A DNA stretch of 64,000 nucleotides, from contig CAWGLD010000002.1 of NCBI GenBank assembly GCA_963823335.1, positions 96,001 through 160,000 of the forward strand, given 5' to 3'. The notes below the pieces were generated by a model. That model worked only from the letters and a program-made list of their open reading frames with translations, was not told the DNA's origin and did no database searches. Positions 38,277-48,224 of the stretch are shown piece by piece. Origin of the DNA: an uncultured delta proteobacterium (GTDB taxonomy: Bacteria; Desulfobacterota; Desulfobacteria; Desulfobacterales; B30-G6). A program made the position numbers and the translations under genes. How positions within the stretch are numbered: the first letter of the stretch is position 1; each line of letters starts with the position of its first letter.

Positions 38277-39657
38277 ATGAAATCAAAACGCATTATTCTA
38301 TCCATGGGTGTGCTGATATGCACCCTGCTGCTGATATTGGGTGGCTGCAGCTCCAATTCTTCCAACAATTCCAATAATGACAAGGTTAAAGACACTGTCG
38401 AAGATCCCTTGTTCGCAGATGCGATCTTTTCCAACCCCACCCAGATCGACAACCAGTACCTGCCCCTCATACCTGGCACCGTGCATCTTTATAACGGGGT
38501 GGCGAGGGTGTTCGAAACGCTCGTTATGAGTACGAGACAACCACAGAGGTCGACGGGGTGACCAGCGTCATCGTTCAGGACCGCGTATTCGAGGACGATT
38601 TGCTGATCGAGGATACCTATGACTGGTTTGCCCAGGATGACGATGGCATTGTCTGGTACTTGGGCGAAGACGTGACCAACTATGAGTACGACGACGATGA
38701 CATTCTTCTCGGCACCGATAACGAAGGCGCCTGGGAATCCGGTGTGGACGGTGCAATAGCCGGTATCGTCATGAAGGCCACCTTGGTTGTTAACGACTCC
38801 TACCACAGGAGTACGAAGACGGCGAAGCAGAGGACATGGGAAGGATTATAGCCCTGGATGTTCAGGTTGATCTCAAGGACGGCAGTGTCTATGCGAACTG
38901 CCTCAAAACCCTGGATTGGAACCCCTTCGAGCCGGATGACAAAGAGAACAAATATTATGCCCCGGATGTCGGCATGATTAGGGAAGAGCTCAAGGAAGAC
39001 CCAAAAGAGGAGAACGCCGAACTGATAGGGATATTCCTCGTGGGTAGCGACCAGGTGCCTGACCTTGGCGCGGCTGCTTTCAGTGATCCCACGACCATCG
39101 ACAACACCTATCTGCCGATGATTGTCGGAACGATACTTACGTACGAGGCAGATACCGAGGACGGGGTAGAGACGATCACCACTGAGGTTCTTGACGAAAC
39201 CCGGGTCGTTAACGGGGTCTTGTGCAGGGTATTTAATGACAAAGTAACCCTCGACGGCCTGCTGATCGAAATATCCTATAACTTCATTGCCCAGGCGGAA
39301 GACGGAACCGTATGCTATTTCGGGGAAGATGTGGACATATATGACAATGATGTTCGTTGTGTCTAACGATGGCGCATGGCGTGCCGGTGAGAATGGAAAT
39401 CTTCCCGGGATTTTGATGCCGGGGGCCCCCCAGGTGGGGGACACGTTCTTTCAGGAATACTGCCCCAGGTGATGCTGAAGACATGAGCTCCATCGTTGCC
39501 TTCGGTGATCCCATCGCTGTTCCGGCGGGAGATTTTGATGAGGACGTTGACAGCGGAAGATTGCAATCCCCTGGAAGACGCCGAAACAGATATCGGAAGG
39601 TTTATGTAAGTGGTCGGCCTGGCCATTGATGACGTTGCGGAACTGATTGAATATTAA
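38277..39657 (+). pseudogene. Acidic lipoprotein with two copies of an uncharacterised domain, frameshifted
   Basis: AGGAG RBS, lipobox LGGC; FSNPTQIDNQYLPL / FSDPTTIDNTYLPM and IEDTYDWFAQDDDGIVWYLGEDV / IEISYNFIAQAEDGTVCYFGEDV repeats. Confidence 0.6.
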
Positions 39658-39689
39658 AAATCTACGGGCCTATAACCCAAATGATGGAC

Positions 39690-39744
39690 TGTGGGAGTGG
39701 TTTACAGCCGCGAGACCGACCTTCGCGGCTGTAAACCTGCCCCA
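39690..39744. repeat. REP-type palindrome
   Basis: GTGGGAGTGGTTTACAGCCGCGA...TCGCGGCTGTAAACC. Confidence 0.6.
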
Positions 39745-39945
39745 GGATCAGATACGGTTTAATGGTAACCCGGGCTTTCCAAATAGGCTCGATTAAACTG
39801 TCTGTTCCAGAGGATGCAACCCCATTCAAATACAGGAGGAAAAGATGAAACACACCTGGCTATTAACCATTTTTGTTTCAATTTTTATGATCAAGAGGCC
39901 ATTCTGGTTACCGGCGGTGTGCTTTTTAGGTGGTAATACCTGAAT

Positions 39946-42270
39946 TTATCGGGTGTTGGAGGTTCCGCCACCCGGCACGGTGCCGGGGCTTTCGCCATTG
40001 ACCCATTTCAACTCAAGCGGTTTCTGCGTATCCAGGTGAACATCCCGCTGCGGAAACGCGATAACCAGCCCGGCTTTTCGAAACAGGTCGTCGATGCTGA
40101 AGCGCACACTACTTTCAATGGTACGCCGCTCGATGATTTTGTTGACCTGAATCCAGAAAAAGACGTCGAAAATGAGTGCATTGTCGCCAAAATCATGAAA
40201 AAGTACAAAAGGCTCTGGTTTTTTGATCACCCTGTTGTTTTCCTGGACCGCTTTGAGCAGCAGGCGTCGGGTTTCCTGGACCGGTGAGCCGTAGATCACG
40301 CCAACCCTCACGCTGGTTCGGATTTTGTGGTCTGAGAGGGTCCAGTTGGTGATGTTTTTTTCAAGAAAAGTGCTGTTAGGTACCAGGATGTGAATATTTT
40401 CACCAGTCCGGATACGCGTGCACCTGGCGCCGATTTCTTCGACCTGGCCTACGACTCCCTCGATTTCGATCAAGTCGCTGAGACTGATCGGTCTTTCCGC
40501 CAGCATGATAAACCCGCTGATAAAATTGTTGATCAGGTTCTGGGCGCCAAAACCCAGCCCGATGGCGATAGCGCCACCCAGAAACGCAAATGCGGCAAGC
40601 GGGATGTTGACCATCCGCATGGCGAACAGGGCAACCAGCAGATATGTGAAGTAAGTGATTATTTTTTGAATCGTCGCCGCTGTCGTCTGTTTGATGTTGG
40701 TGATTGCAAAGAGTCTTTTCGTCAATGCTCGCAACAGGATTTTGGCAAATGCGATACCCACGAGCAGCACAAACAGGGCCACCGCAATTTCCCTGACGGT
40801 AACCGGGTTGTTGTCGATCACCCATATCTCGACCTCCCAGAGACCATGGATTTGACGATACCAGCTCAGGATTTTTTGCGTAAAGCCCATAAGTTCGGTC
40901 TCGGGCGCCAGTTCTGCCATGGCGCGCCGGGCAAGCTGCTGGTTCGCCAGCAGCAGGGATGCATATGCCGACCGTTCTTCAGAGAGTTGGCGAAGCGCAT
41001 CCACTTCGCTTTTCAGCTGCTGTTTGATAACCTCCGCCAGGGTGTCATCGTCGACTTGCCGGTCAAGAGCTGCGATGCGTGACCGGATCGCATTGGTATG
41101 CTGTTGTTCAAGGCTGATACGCTTGAACCACTCCTGCAACAACTCCTGGATACGGAGTCTGTCTTTCTCCCGATCAGCCGGGTCGAGGCTTTCTTTTAAC
41201 AAGCGGTAGCGTATCTGCCAGAGGTTTTTCTGTTCCAGCAGGAGCTGAAGCATGGCCCCGGTTATTTCCTGGGTGATCTGATGGGTTTCGAACCATGTTT
41301 TCCGGGCGGCAGCCGTCGCCTCCAAAACATCTGCTTGGGTCCCACCAGCGGCCGCAGAGATGCTCTTGCGGATCGATTGCAGGGACGCGTCCGCTTTTTC
41401 ACTGCGTCGAATCAGCGGTTCGAGTTTCAGTTCATATTCTTTCTGCTTTTCCTGGATGGCCGCAATCTGTTTTGTCAGATCTTCTTCGTCATACTGCAAA
41501 TTTTGTGCTATCCACGCCACATTGCGGCGGGCGCTCTCCGACGTCTGTTCCAGTAAGGTGACCTGGTGCGAGATGTTTTCCAGGTTGACGGTTTCATACT
41601 GCAGCAGGGCGCGAAGATACTCCTCTTCCAGTTCCTGCATCGCCATCTCGTGCTGCTTCAGCGCATGTTCGTCTGCATCCGAGGATTTGGTCAGCTGTTC
41701 ATTCAGGCTGCGCAAGTCTTTTTCAACGGCCTTGATCTGTTCCGTGAGTGCTTCCATGGTTTTTTTGGACAGACTTGCGGCCGTGTTTGCTGCGGATGTC
41801 TGTTCGGAGAGGATGGCCTGTGTTTCGAGATGCTCGTCGTAAAAGCTCAGATTATAGGGGGATTTGCTATGGATGTCGGTTTCCTGCTGGCGCAATTTGT
41901 CCCTTAAAACCGATACGTTCTCGACTCGTAACTGCTGTATGTTCAAGGCGTTTATCAATCGTTCCAATACCGCCTGGGTGGCTTCCAGTTTTTCTGCATT
42001 TTCCGATAGTTTTTCAACCGGTATCCCATTCTTTTGCGTAAGAGATTGGGTTTCGGCCTGTCTGGCGGCTGCCAGACGCAGGCCCACTGTTTCCAAATGC
42101 TTTTTTACATCCTCGATACTGACGGGGATCACCTTTCCAGGCGCCTGCTCTTCTTCGCCGGCCTGCAGATATCCAACCGATACGGTTAAGGAAATCAGCA
42201 GCGCAAGGCCGACCGCATAAGAGAGTCCCTTGATCGTGCCGTGAGACAAATAAAAACGTATTCTTTCCAT
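39946..42270 (-). CDS. Large MscS-family mechanosensitive channel (MscK-like, periplasmic coiled coil)
   Basis: GLGFGAQNLINNFISG, ILVPNS, NWTLSD, IAFPQRDVH; AGGAG RBS before the ATG at 42270. Confidence 0.9.
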   Translation of the reverse strand: MERIRFYLSHGTIKGLSYAVGLALLISLTVSVGYLQAGEEEQAPGKVIPVSIEDVKKHLETVGLRLAAARQAETQSLTQKNGIPVEKLSENAEKLEATQAVLERLINALNIQQLRVENVSVLRDKLRQQETDIHSKSPYNLSFYDEHLETQAILSEQTSAANTAASLSKKTMEALTEQIKAVEKDLRSLNEQLTKSSDADEHALKQHEMAMQELEEEYLRALLQYETVNLENISHQVTLLEQTSESARRNVAWIAQNLQYDEEDLTKQIAAIQEKQKEYELKLEPLIRRSEKADASLQSIRKSISAAAGGTQADVLEATAAARKTWFETHQITQEITGAMLQLLLEQKNLWQIRYRLLKESLDPADREKDRLRIQELLQEWFKRISLEQQHTNAIRSRIAALDRQVDDDTLAEVIKQQLKSEVDALRQLSEERSAYASLLLANQQLARRAMAELAPETELMGFTQKILSWYRQIHGLWEVEIWVIDNNPVTVREIAVALFVLLVGIAFAKILLRALTKRLFAITNIKQTTAATIQKIITYFTYLLVALFAMRMVNIPLAAFAFLGGAIAIGLGFGAQNLINNFISGFIMLAERPISLSDLIEIEGVVGQVEEIGARCTRIRTGENIHILVPNSTFLEKNITNWTLSDHKIRTSVRVGVIYGSPVQETRRLLLKAVQENNRVIKKPEPFVLFHDFGDNALIFDVFFWIQVNKIIERRTIESSVRFSIDDLFRKAGLVIAFPQRDVHLDTQKPLELKWVNGESPGTVPGGGTSNTR

Positions 42271-42359
42271 GGGTACTCCTGACATGTTGTCGTTGCTATA
42301 ACCTGAGATAAGCGTTTCAAATTTTAGGAATATGGGATTTAGAAATAATTTCAAGGAAT

Positions 42360-42491
42360 TTGATTGTTCTACAAACCGCGTGCTCGGCACGCGGTTCCGA
42401 ACCTGAAATTTAAGGAGACATGCCGTCTCCTTTGGATTTCCCCCATTTTGGGGGAAATCCAAGCCACCCGTTTCACGGGTGGTAGTTGACT
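42360..42491 (+). mobile_element. Non-autonomous IS200/IS605-derived palindromic element (copy 2)
   Basis: Near-identical to 28058-28188. Confidence 0.65.
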
Positions 42492-42495
42492 CATT

Positions 42496-42546
42496 TGAAC
42501 CGAAAAAGCGAGCGCATTCCCCGTAGCTTGCTGCGAGGTTCTTCAA
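42496..42546 (+). repeat. 51-bp hairpin repeat ending TTCAA (also at 44845-44895 and 49814-49864; long form at 22027-22165)
   Basis: TGAACCGAAAAAGCGAGCGCATTCCCCGTAGCTTGCTGCGAGGTTCTTCAA. Confidence 0.8.
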
Positions 42547-42682
42547 TTCTTAAAACTTGAAACCCGTTGGGATTGCCTATCTTACCGCACCTACGGCGTC
42601 AGACGCTATGCCGCATAGTTCACTATAGCGGAACAGCATCTTCCTTGTAGCTACGGCAACCTCGACAATCGCTCAACTTAGG
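42545..42682. repeat. About 137-bp dispersed repeat (copy B)
   Basis: Reverse complement of 11754-11891. Confidence 0.8.
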
Positions 42683-42731
42683 TATAAGTGATTTGTTCAA
42701 CCGACCTTTGTTTGGTGTATCGGTCCGTATT

Positions 42732-44165
42732 TCAATAACTGACCTTGATCACCACCTCAACGTCCGGCCATCGTTTTTCGGAGGGTTGTATGGCCGGCGG
42801 GGCGATAATTTTGCAAAAAATACTGGTGTTGTTGTAAATGCTGTCCAGATAAATCGGTGTGGTGATCAGGCTGACGATTGGATCCTTGTTCGGTGTTGCA
42901 GGTGAAAGCACCATTACCTTTTCCGGTATCACTTTCATGGACCTGATCTTCATGTTACCGGGAAGTTTGCCTAACAGCTGTGGCTTGATAAAGACCTCAT
43001 GCTCCACGATTTCCGCCAGGGTCAATTCAACGGCGGAGGGAACCACATCCAGCAAACTGATTTTCCGCGGTAGTCGCAGATTGTCAGCCGTTATGACAAA
43101 GGCCTGTTTTCCGGAAACTGTTTTCGACAGGTCGATTTTCACACTCAATTCTGACGGGTTGATTGCATCCAGATCTGATTTGGGCCCCGAAAGGTGCAAC
43201 CGAATAGTTTTATCTTTATCACCCACCAACACGAGATTTTCTGGCGAAGCCGTGAATTCAACCGGAACAGAAACGACCTTTTCCAGCATTTCTCCCTGAG
43301 CAATAAGCAGGGTTGACCAGAAAAAAGTCGCCAGGCCTAAACTGACCGACATCTGCACAACTGTGCGCCAATGCACTTTCCCCTGCGGTAAATTAAGGGA
43401 AGAAGCGGCTGTCTTTTGCCCGTGTTCCGAAATCGAGACAGTGAGCAGTTCCCGCTTATCCATTACAAGCATTTTTCCTTCTTGAAAGACGGAAATTTTA
43501 CCACGTTCCTCGGATACGACGATGATCAGCGCATCGGACCGTTCAGCAAGTCCCATGGCGGCATGATGACGGGTGCCGTAAACCTCGGGCAGCCGTGCAC
43601 TCTGAGAGACGGGCAGGCGTACCCCAAAACGGGATAGCTTTCCTTTGGACACAATGATGGCGCCATCATGGCCGGGTGAGTTGGGGTCGAAGATGCTCAT
43701 GATCAGGGGCGTGCTCGGCATGGCCTCCATTTCGTAACCGCCCGAAAGCCACTCCTGAATGGGTTCCTTCCCGGGCAGAACCACGATAGCGCCCTGGCGT
43801 TTGTTGGCCAGGGTCCAGAGGGCATCAACCAGCAGCCCTGTAAGCACATCGTCGGAATCGACCTTCTTCGATCTCCGCAGGGAGGCGGCCCTTTCGAAGA
43901 TTTTGCGCAGTTCGGGCTGAAAAATAACGATCAGAGCAATCACGGTGACCTGGCTGAGGTTGCCCAATACCCACTCGATGCCCTTAAGATCGAGTATACT
44001 GGCCAGGAAATAGGCGAACATGGCAACCAAAATGCCGGCTGCGATACCCCAGGTCCCAAGACGCTGCAGGGTGCGATACAGAAAAAACAATCCGAACGAC
44101 ATCAACAGAATGTCGATCAGCGTGCGCCAGTCAAAAAACTGTTGGATCAGGAGGGTAAAATCCAT
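42732..44165 (-). CDS. cdaA: Diadenylate cyclase (CdaA-type) fused to a TM helix and YbbR-like domains
   Basis: 3 N-terminal TMs, IFQPELR, SPGHDGA, GTRHHAA, VVSEERG; C-terminal beta-rich YbbR-like region. Confidence 0.85.
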   Translation of the reverse strand: MDFTLLIQQFFDWRTLIDILLMSFGLFFLYRTLQRLGTWGIAAGILVAMFAYFLASILDLKGIEWVLGNLSQVTVIALIVIFQPELRKIFERAASLRRSKKVDSDDVLTGLLVDALWTLANKRQGAIVVLPGKEPIQEWLSGGYEMEAMPSTPLIMSIFDPNSPGHDGAIIVSKGKLSRFGVRLPVSQSARLPEVYGTRHHAAMGLAERSDALIIVVSEERGKISVFQEGKMLVMDKRELLTVSISEHGQKTAASSLNLPQGKVHWRTVVQMSVSLGLATFFWSTLLIAQGEMLEKVVSVPVEFTASPENLVLVGDKDKTIRLHLSGPKSDLDAINPSELSVKIDLSKTVSGKQAFVITADNLRLPRKISLLDVVPSAVELTLAEIVEHEVFIKPQLLGKLPGNMKIRSMKVIPEKVMVLSPATPNKDPIVSLITTPIYLDSIYNNTSIFCKIIAPPAIQPSEKRWPDVEVVIKVSY

Positions 44166-44366
44166 TTGTCATACCTTGTTATTCAGTGTTCAGGATGATC
44201 GGCGATTCGTCTTATATTCCAATCCCAGAACACAATAGCTTAAATTAATATAAAAACATGTGAATGTAAAATCAATTCCATTATTATTGCATATTGCAAC
44301 CCATTGACGTATTATAACCTATCTTAAGCCAAAAAAAATGAGATGAACAACGCAAGGAGATACAGA

Positions 44367-44822
44367 ATGAAAACGATCAATAAAATTTTGGTTGCAATCG
44401 ATTTTTCCGAAGATTCCCTTGCTGCAGCTGCGTATGCCGCGAGACTTGCCAAGGATATGGGTGCGAAACTTTTATTTACCCACATATACAACAAAAGAAA
44501 TATTGATACACTGAATATGGATGCGGCTCGAGTTCCCGAATTTTCAATAAAAGATTACGTGGACGAACTTATGGATGAGCGGAAAAGCAAACTGGAGGAT
44601 CTGGCTAAGAAACTGAAGTGCGGCCGTCTTGAGGTTGAATTTCACGTGGGCATCGGTGTTCCCTATGAAGCTCTCTTGCATGAAATAAAGGAAAAAATGC
44701 CGGATCTTCTGGTTATGGGAGCCAAGGGAAGATCGAACGTAATGGATATCATCCTCGGATCATGCGCGCAAAAAATGTTTAAAGACAGCCCGATTCCATT
44801 ACTGAGTATTCGGGGCAAGTAA
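44367..44822 (+). CDS. Universal stress protein
   Basis: KILVAIDFSEDS, DLLVMGAKGRS..ILGSCA..PIPLL. Confidence 0.9.
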   Translation: MKTINKILVAIDFSEDSLAAAAYAARLAKDMGAKLLFTHIYNKRNIDTLNMDAARVPEFSIKDYVDELMDERKSKLEDLAKKLKCGRLEVEFHVGIGVPYEALLHEIKEKMPDLLVMGAKGRSNVMDIILGSCAQKMFKDSPIPLLSIRGK

Positions 44823-44844
44823 ACCAGACAGATAACAGGACAAC

Positions 44845-44895
44845 TGAACCGAAAAAGCGAGCGCATTCCTCGTAGCTTGCTGCGAGGTTCTTCAA
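44845..44895 (+). repeat. 51-bp hairpin repeat copy
   Basis: Matches 42496-42546. Confidence 0.8.
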
Positions 44896-44940
44896 TCTAT
44901 TTTACTTTGCGAAAAACTGTGAGACAACTTCGACATCACA

Positions 44941-46644
44941 TTATATGGTCTTGAGCGTGATGTCCTCGGCATATTTCTTGAGCAGCAGTTTTTCCGCTTC
45001 ATCGGTGCCGATCATAATCAGTTCGTCCTTTTCCTGGAAGCGAACAGAGGGATCGGGATTGTTGATCATGACACCGTCGCGATTTATGGCGATGACGCTG
45101 CAGCCTGTCTGTACACGGATTTGGCTTTCCGCCAAAGATAGACCCACAAGAGAAAGATGCATGCCGGCACGGAATACGTTCAATCCCTCGGCGAGCATCA
45201 AAACCTCATCGGGTTTGAGAAGATTGAGAATTGTATTGGCGGCCAGAGAGGCATATGACATCACTAAATCTGCACCTGCTGTGTGTAGTTTTGAGATGTT
45301 TCTGTCGAGGTTGGCCCGGCAGATGATCTGGATGTCGGGTTGCAGCCTTCGGCAGTAAATGGTCAGGTAGATATTCGTGGGATCATCATGGGTTGTGATG
45401 ATAATGGACGGCGCCTCCTTAATCTCTGCCCTTGTCAGTATGTTGATATCCGCTGCACTTCCATGGATATACTTGTCATTTAGGATGAGATCCTTATTTT
45501 TTTCAATGATTCGATAATCAGTCCCCGCCTGTTCCAGTGCCTTTGCAGCGGCACGGCCAACCCGCCCACCGCCAAGGATCAGGACCGGCGCCTGGAAATG
45601 TTGATAACCGCCAATATGTTCATCATAATTCATGAACTGTTCCGATGATCCCGCCAATAAAAGGACCGTCGTAGAATTTATGGGTGTCGCAGCAGTGGGT
45701 ATTTCAAACTTTCCCCTTTCCCAAACACCCACAACCGTAATGCCGGTTGTTTCTCGCAGCCTGCTTTTCTGGAGAGTCTTTCCTACCAGAGAAGTTCTCA
45801 TGGCAGGGGCTTCGGCGATGAGAAGCGAGTCAATGTTTCCAATGATGTTTGACCGTGTACTCGTCCTGATCACTCTTCTGGACAATGATTGTCCCAGCAG
45901 TTTCATGAACTGTAAAACATGAGTGCTTCCAGCCAGCTGTAAAATGTCCACCGAGTCGAACAGATCGGCATTGGCAGCGATAGGTACCTTTTTGGAAATC
46001 TCCCGCACGGTGAAGGCGATATTGGTATTCATCATGTCGTTTATATTGGCAACCACCAGCGCAGCCTCGTGCACATGAATGCGTTTATATGTTTCCGGGT
46101 CGCTCAAATCACCCACGACCACGTTATACTCCAGATCGAACAATTCCAGCGCGCGCTGTAGATCCTCCGTGATGATAACGTATTCATACTGATACTGTTT
46201 CAGGCGCTGTATAAGATTCATGGTAATGGGATCATCGCTTGTCAGAATGACATGCCCTTTGGTTCCCTTGGGTAGCTCTCGAGGGGCCCTGGCCTTTGTC
46301 TGGGCTTCAAGCCAGGGGGCATAAAAGAACTGGATGAAAGTGAACGGCAGCATAATGAGCAGAAGTATCAGCCCGGACAGGAGCACTAAGACTGAGAACA
46401 GTTTTCCCAAATCCGAGACGAATGTGATATCACCGAAGCCGAGGGTCGACATTACCGTAAGTGACCAATAAAAGCCTGTAATCCAGCTGAATTCTTGATT
46501 CTCCAATTTCATTATGAAGTGAAACAGGACGCTGTAGATGGAAATCATCGTTGTCAGGATGAGGAAAAACTTCATCAGCATCCTGATATTTCTTTCTTTT
46601 CTACTTGTCAGGATATGGATGAACGGGCCTATGAGAAATTTCAT
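44941..46644 (-). CDS. Potassium channel protein with tandem RCK_N/RCK_C (TrkA) domains
   Basis: Selectivity filter TMSTLGFGD-type (TVMSTLGFGDI); GGGRVG; two RCK_C domains. Confidence 0.9.
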   Translation of the reverse strand: MKFLIGPFIHILTSRKERNIRMLMKFFLILTTMISIYSVLFHFIMKLENQEFSWITGFYWSLTVMSTLGFGDITFVSDLGKLFSVLVLLSGLILLLIMLPFTFIQFFYAPWLEAQTKARAPRELPKGTKGHVILTSDDPITMNLIQRLKQYQYEYVIITEDLQRALELFDLEYNVVVGDLSDPETYKRIHVHEAALVVANINDMMNTNIAFTVREISKKVPIAANADLFDSVDILQLAGSTHVLQFMKLLGQSLSRRVIRTSTRSNIIGNIDSLLIAEAPAMRTSLVGKTLQKSRLRETTGITVVGVWERGKFEIPTAATPINSTTVLLLAGSSEQFMNYDEHIGGYQHFQAPVLILGGGRVGRAAAKALEQAGTDYRIIEKNKDLILNDKYIHGSAADINILTRAEIKEAPSIIITTHDDPTNIYLTIYCRRLQPDIQIICRANLDRNISKLHTAGADLVMSYASLAANTILNLLKPDEVLMLAEGLNVFRAGMHLSLVGLSLAESQIRVQTGCSVIAINRDGVMINNPDPSVRFQEKDELIMIGTDEAEKLLLKKYAEDITLKTI

Positions 46645-46798
46645 GTCAGTATGTCCTTGGGAAGACTGAGCCCCATATCAATTCTCAGTTTTTTTTATCT
46701 CCACGATATCTTTGTTGTCCATGGCGCGGTCAAAATCATTGACCAGTTCCTGGGAAAGCAGCATGTCTTTCATGGTATTTAATGACATGTTGATTCCT

Positions 46799-48112
46799 TC
46801 AACCGATCAGAACATTCTGGAACATCACGGCAAAACCGAGAAAAGCCAAAAAACCGAGCACATCCGTTACGGTTGTCAATATGATGCTGGAGCTCTGGGC
46901 CGGATCGATGCCGATTTTTTTCATAATCAGCGGGATAGAAGCCCCTGAAAGACCCGCGAAAACCAAATTCACCAGCATTCCGAGACCGATCACCAGGCCG
47001 AGGAAAGGGTTGCCGTACCACAGCCAGGCAACCACCGCCGTCACTATACCGATAACAACTCCGTTAATGGCGCCGATTTTTCCTTCTTTCAACACCAGCT
47101 GAAACATCTTGTCCTTGGGGATCTCACGCATGACGATACCACGCATGACCACCGCCAGCGATTGGGCACCGGCGTTCCCGCCCTGTCCGGCCACCACAGG
47201 CAGAAAAACTGCCAGAATAGTCAATTTGGCAATGATGCCTTCGAACATGGCCACAACACCGGCAGCCATAAAGGCGGTCACCAGATTGATGTGCAGCCAG
47301 GGTAAGCGCTTCTTCAAAGAAAATATTATGGTCGAAGAAACACGTTCATCACCACCGGCACCGAACATCCGTTGAATATCCTTGGTGGCTTCATCTTGAA
47401 CACCGTGAATCATACGCTCGGCCTTGATAATACCGAGAACATGGTTTTCACTGTCCACAACCGGTGCGGCAAAAAACTTGCGTTTGGCAAGTTCGTTGGC
47501 AGCCTCCTGCTGGTCGATAAAACAATGCAGGGCAAAAAAATCTTTACGGCTGATTTCATCCAGCTTTTTTTCGGGTGCCGCGAGCATTAGGTCGCGCATA
47601 TTCAACACACCCATGAGACGATTGTCGTCGTCAACAACATAGACATATGATGACGGGAAACGTTTTTTTGCCAATGAGCGTATTTTATCAATTGCTTCTT
47701 CGGCAAGGCTGTCACCCCTCAAGGTGATGAAATCGGTGGTCATGGTTCGGCCGATGCTGCCTTCCGGGTATTCCAGGAGTTCCCTGATCTGTCCCTTGAG
47801 TTTTTCAGAAATATGCTTGGTCATTCGCTCCCGGGCGTCCAGAGGCAGACGCATCAGTATCGAGGCCGCGAAGGAAGGATCGAGATGAGATGTCATTTCG
47901 CTGAGAAATGCATCATCGGCATCCTTTAGCAGTGTAGCGGCATAACTGATTTGCAGAACCTTCACAACACGCACAACCAGCGTCATGGGAAGCGCCTTTA
48001 AAACCTCGACGGCTTCCTCTTCGGACATGCTCTCGAGAAGATGAACAGCGTTCTCCAAATCATGCTCAAAAAATTTATTTACAATGGGCTGCAATACATT
48101 GTTTTCTGTCAT
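46799..48112 (-). CDS. mgtE: Magnesium transporter MgtE
   Basis: N-domain, CBS pair, KRLPWL, GQGGNAGAQ, IDPAQSS..ILTTVTD. Confidence 0.93.
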   Translation of the reverse strand: MTENNVLQPIVNKFFEHDLENAVHLLESMSEEEAVEVLKALPMTLVVRVVKVLQISYAATLLKDADDAFLSEMTSHLDPSFAASILMRLPLDARERMTKHISEKLKGQIRELLEYPEGSIGRTMTTDFITLRGDSLAEEAIDKIRSLAKKRFPSSYVYVVDDDNRLMGVLNMRDLMLAAPEKKLDEISRKDFFALHCFIDQQEAANELAKRKFFAAPVVDSENHVLGIIKAERMIHGVQDEATKDIQRMFGAGGDERVSSTIIFSLKKRLPWLHINLVTAFMAAGVVAMFEGIIAKLTILAVFLPVVAGQGGNAGAQSLAVVMRGIVMREIPKDKMFQLVLKEGKIGAINGVVIGIVTAVVAWLWYGNPFLGLVIGLGMLVNLVFAGLSGASIPLIMKKIGIDPAQSSSIILTTVTDVLGFLAFLGFAVMFQNVLIG

Positions 48113-48224
48113 GCTAACGTTCCTCTCTGCTTTCCAGAAACTGCTTTGGACAGGTCAATTTCCGCATGTAAAACCGACGGGCGAATGGCATAAAGGTCAT
48201 AGTCACCGGAGAACTGCTGATTTC

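Noticed and set aside
42271-42546. N-terminal extension of the 866-aa MscS ORF
   Set aside because: Mostly reads through repeat elements; the RBS and signal-like segment support the start at 42270
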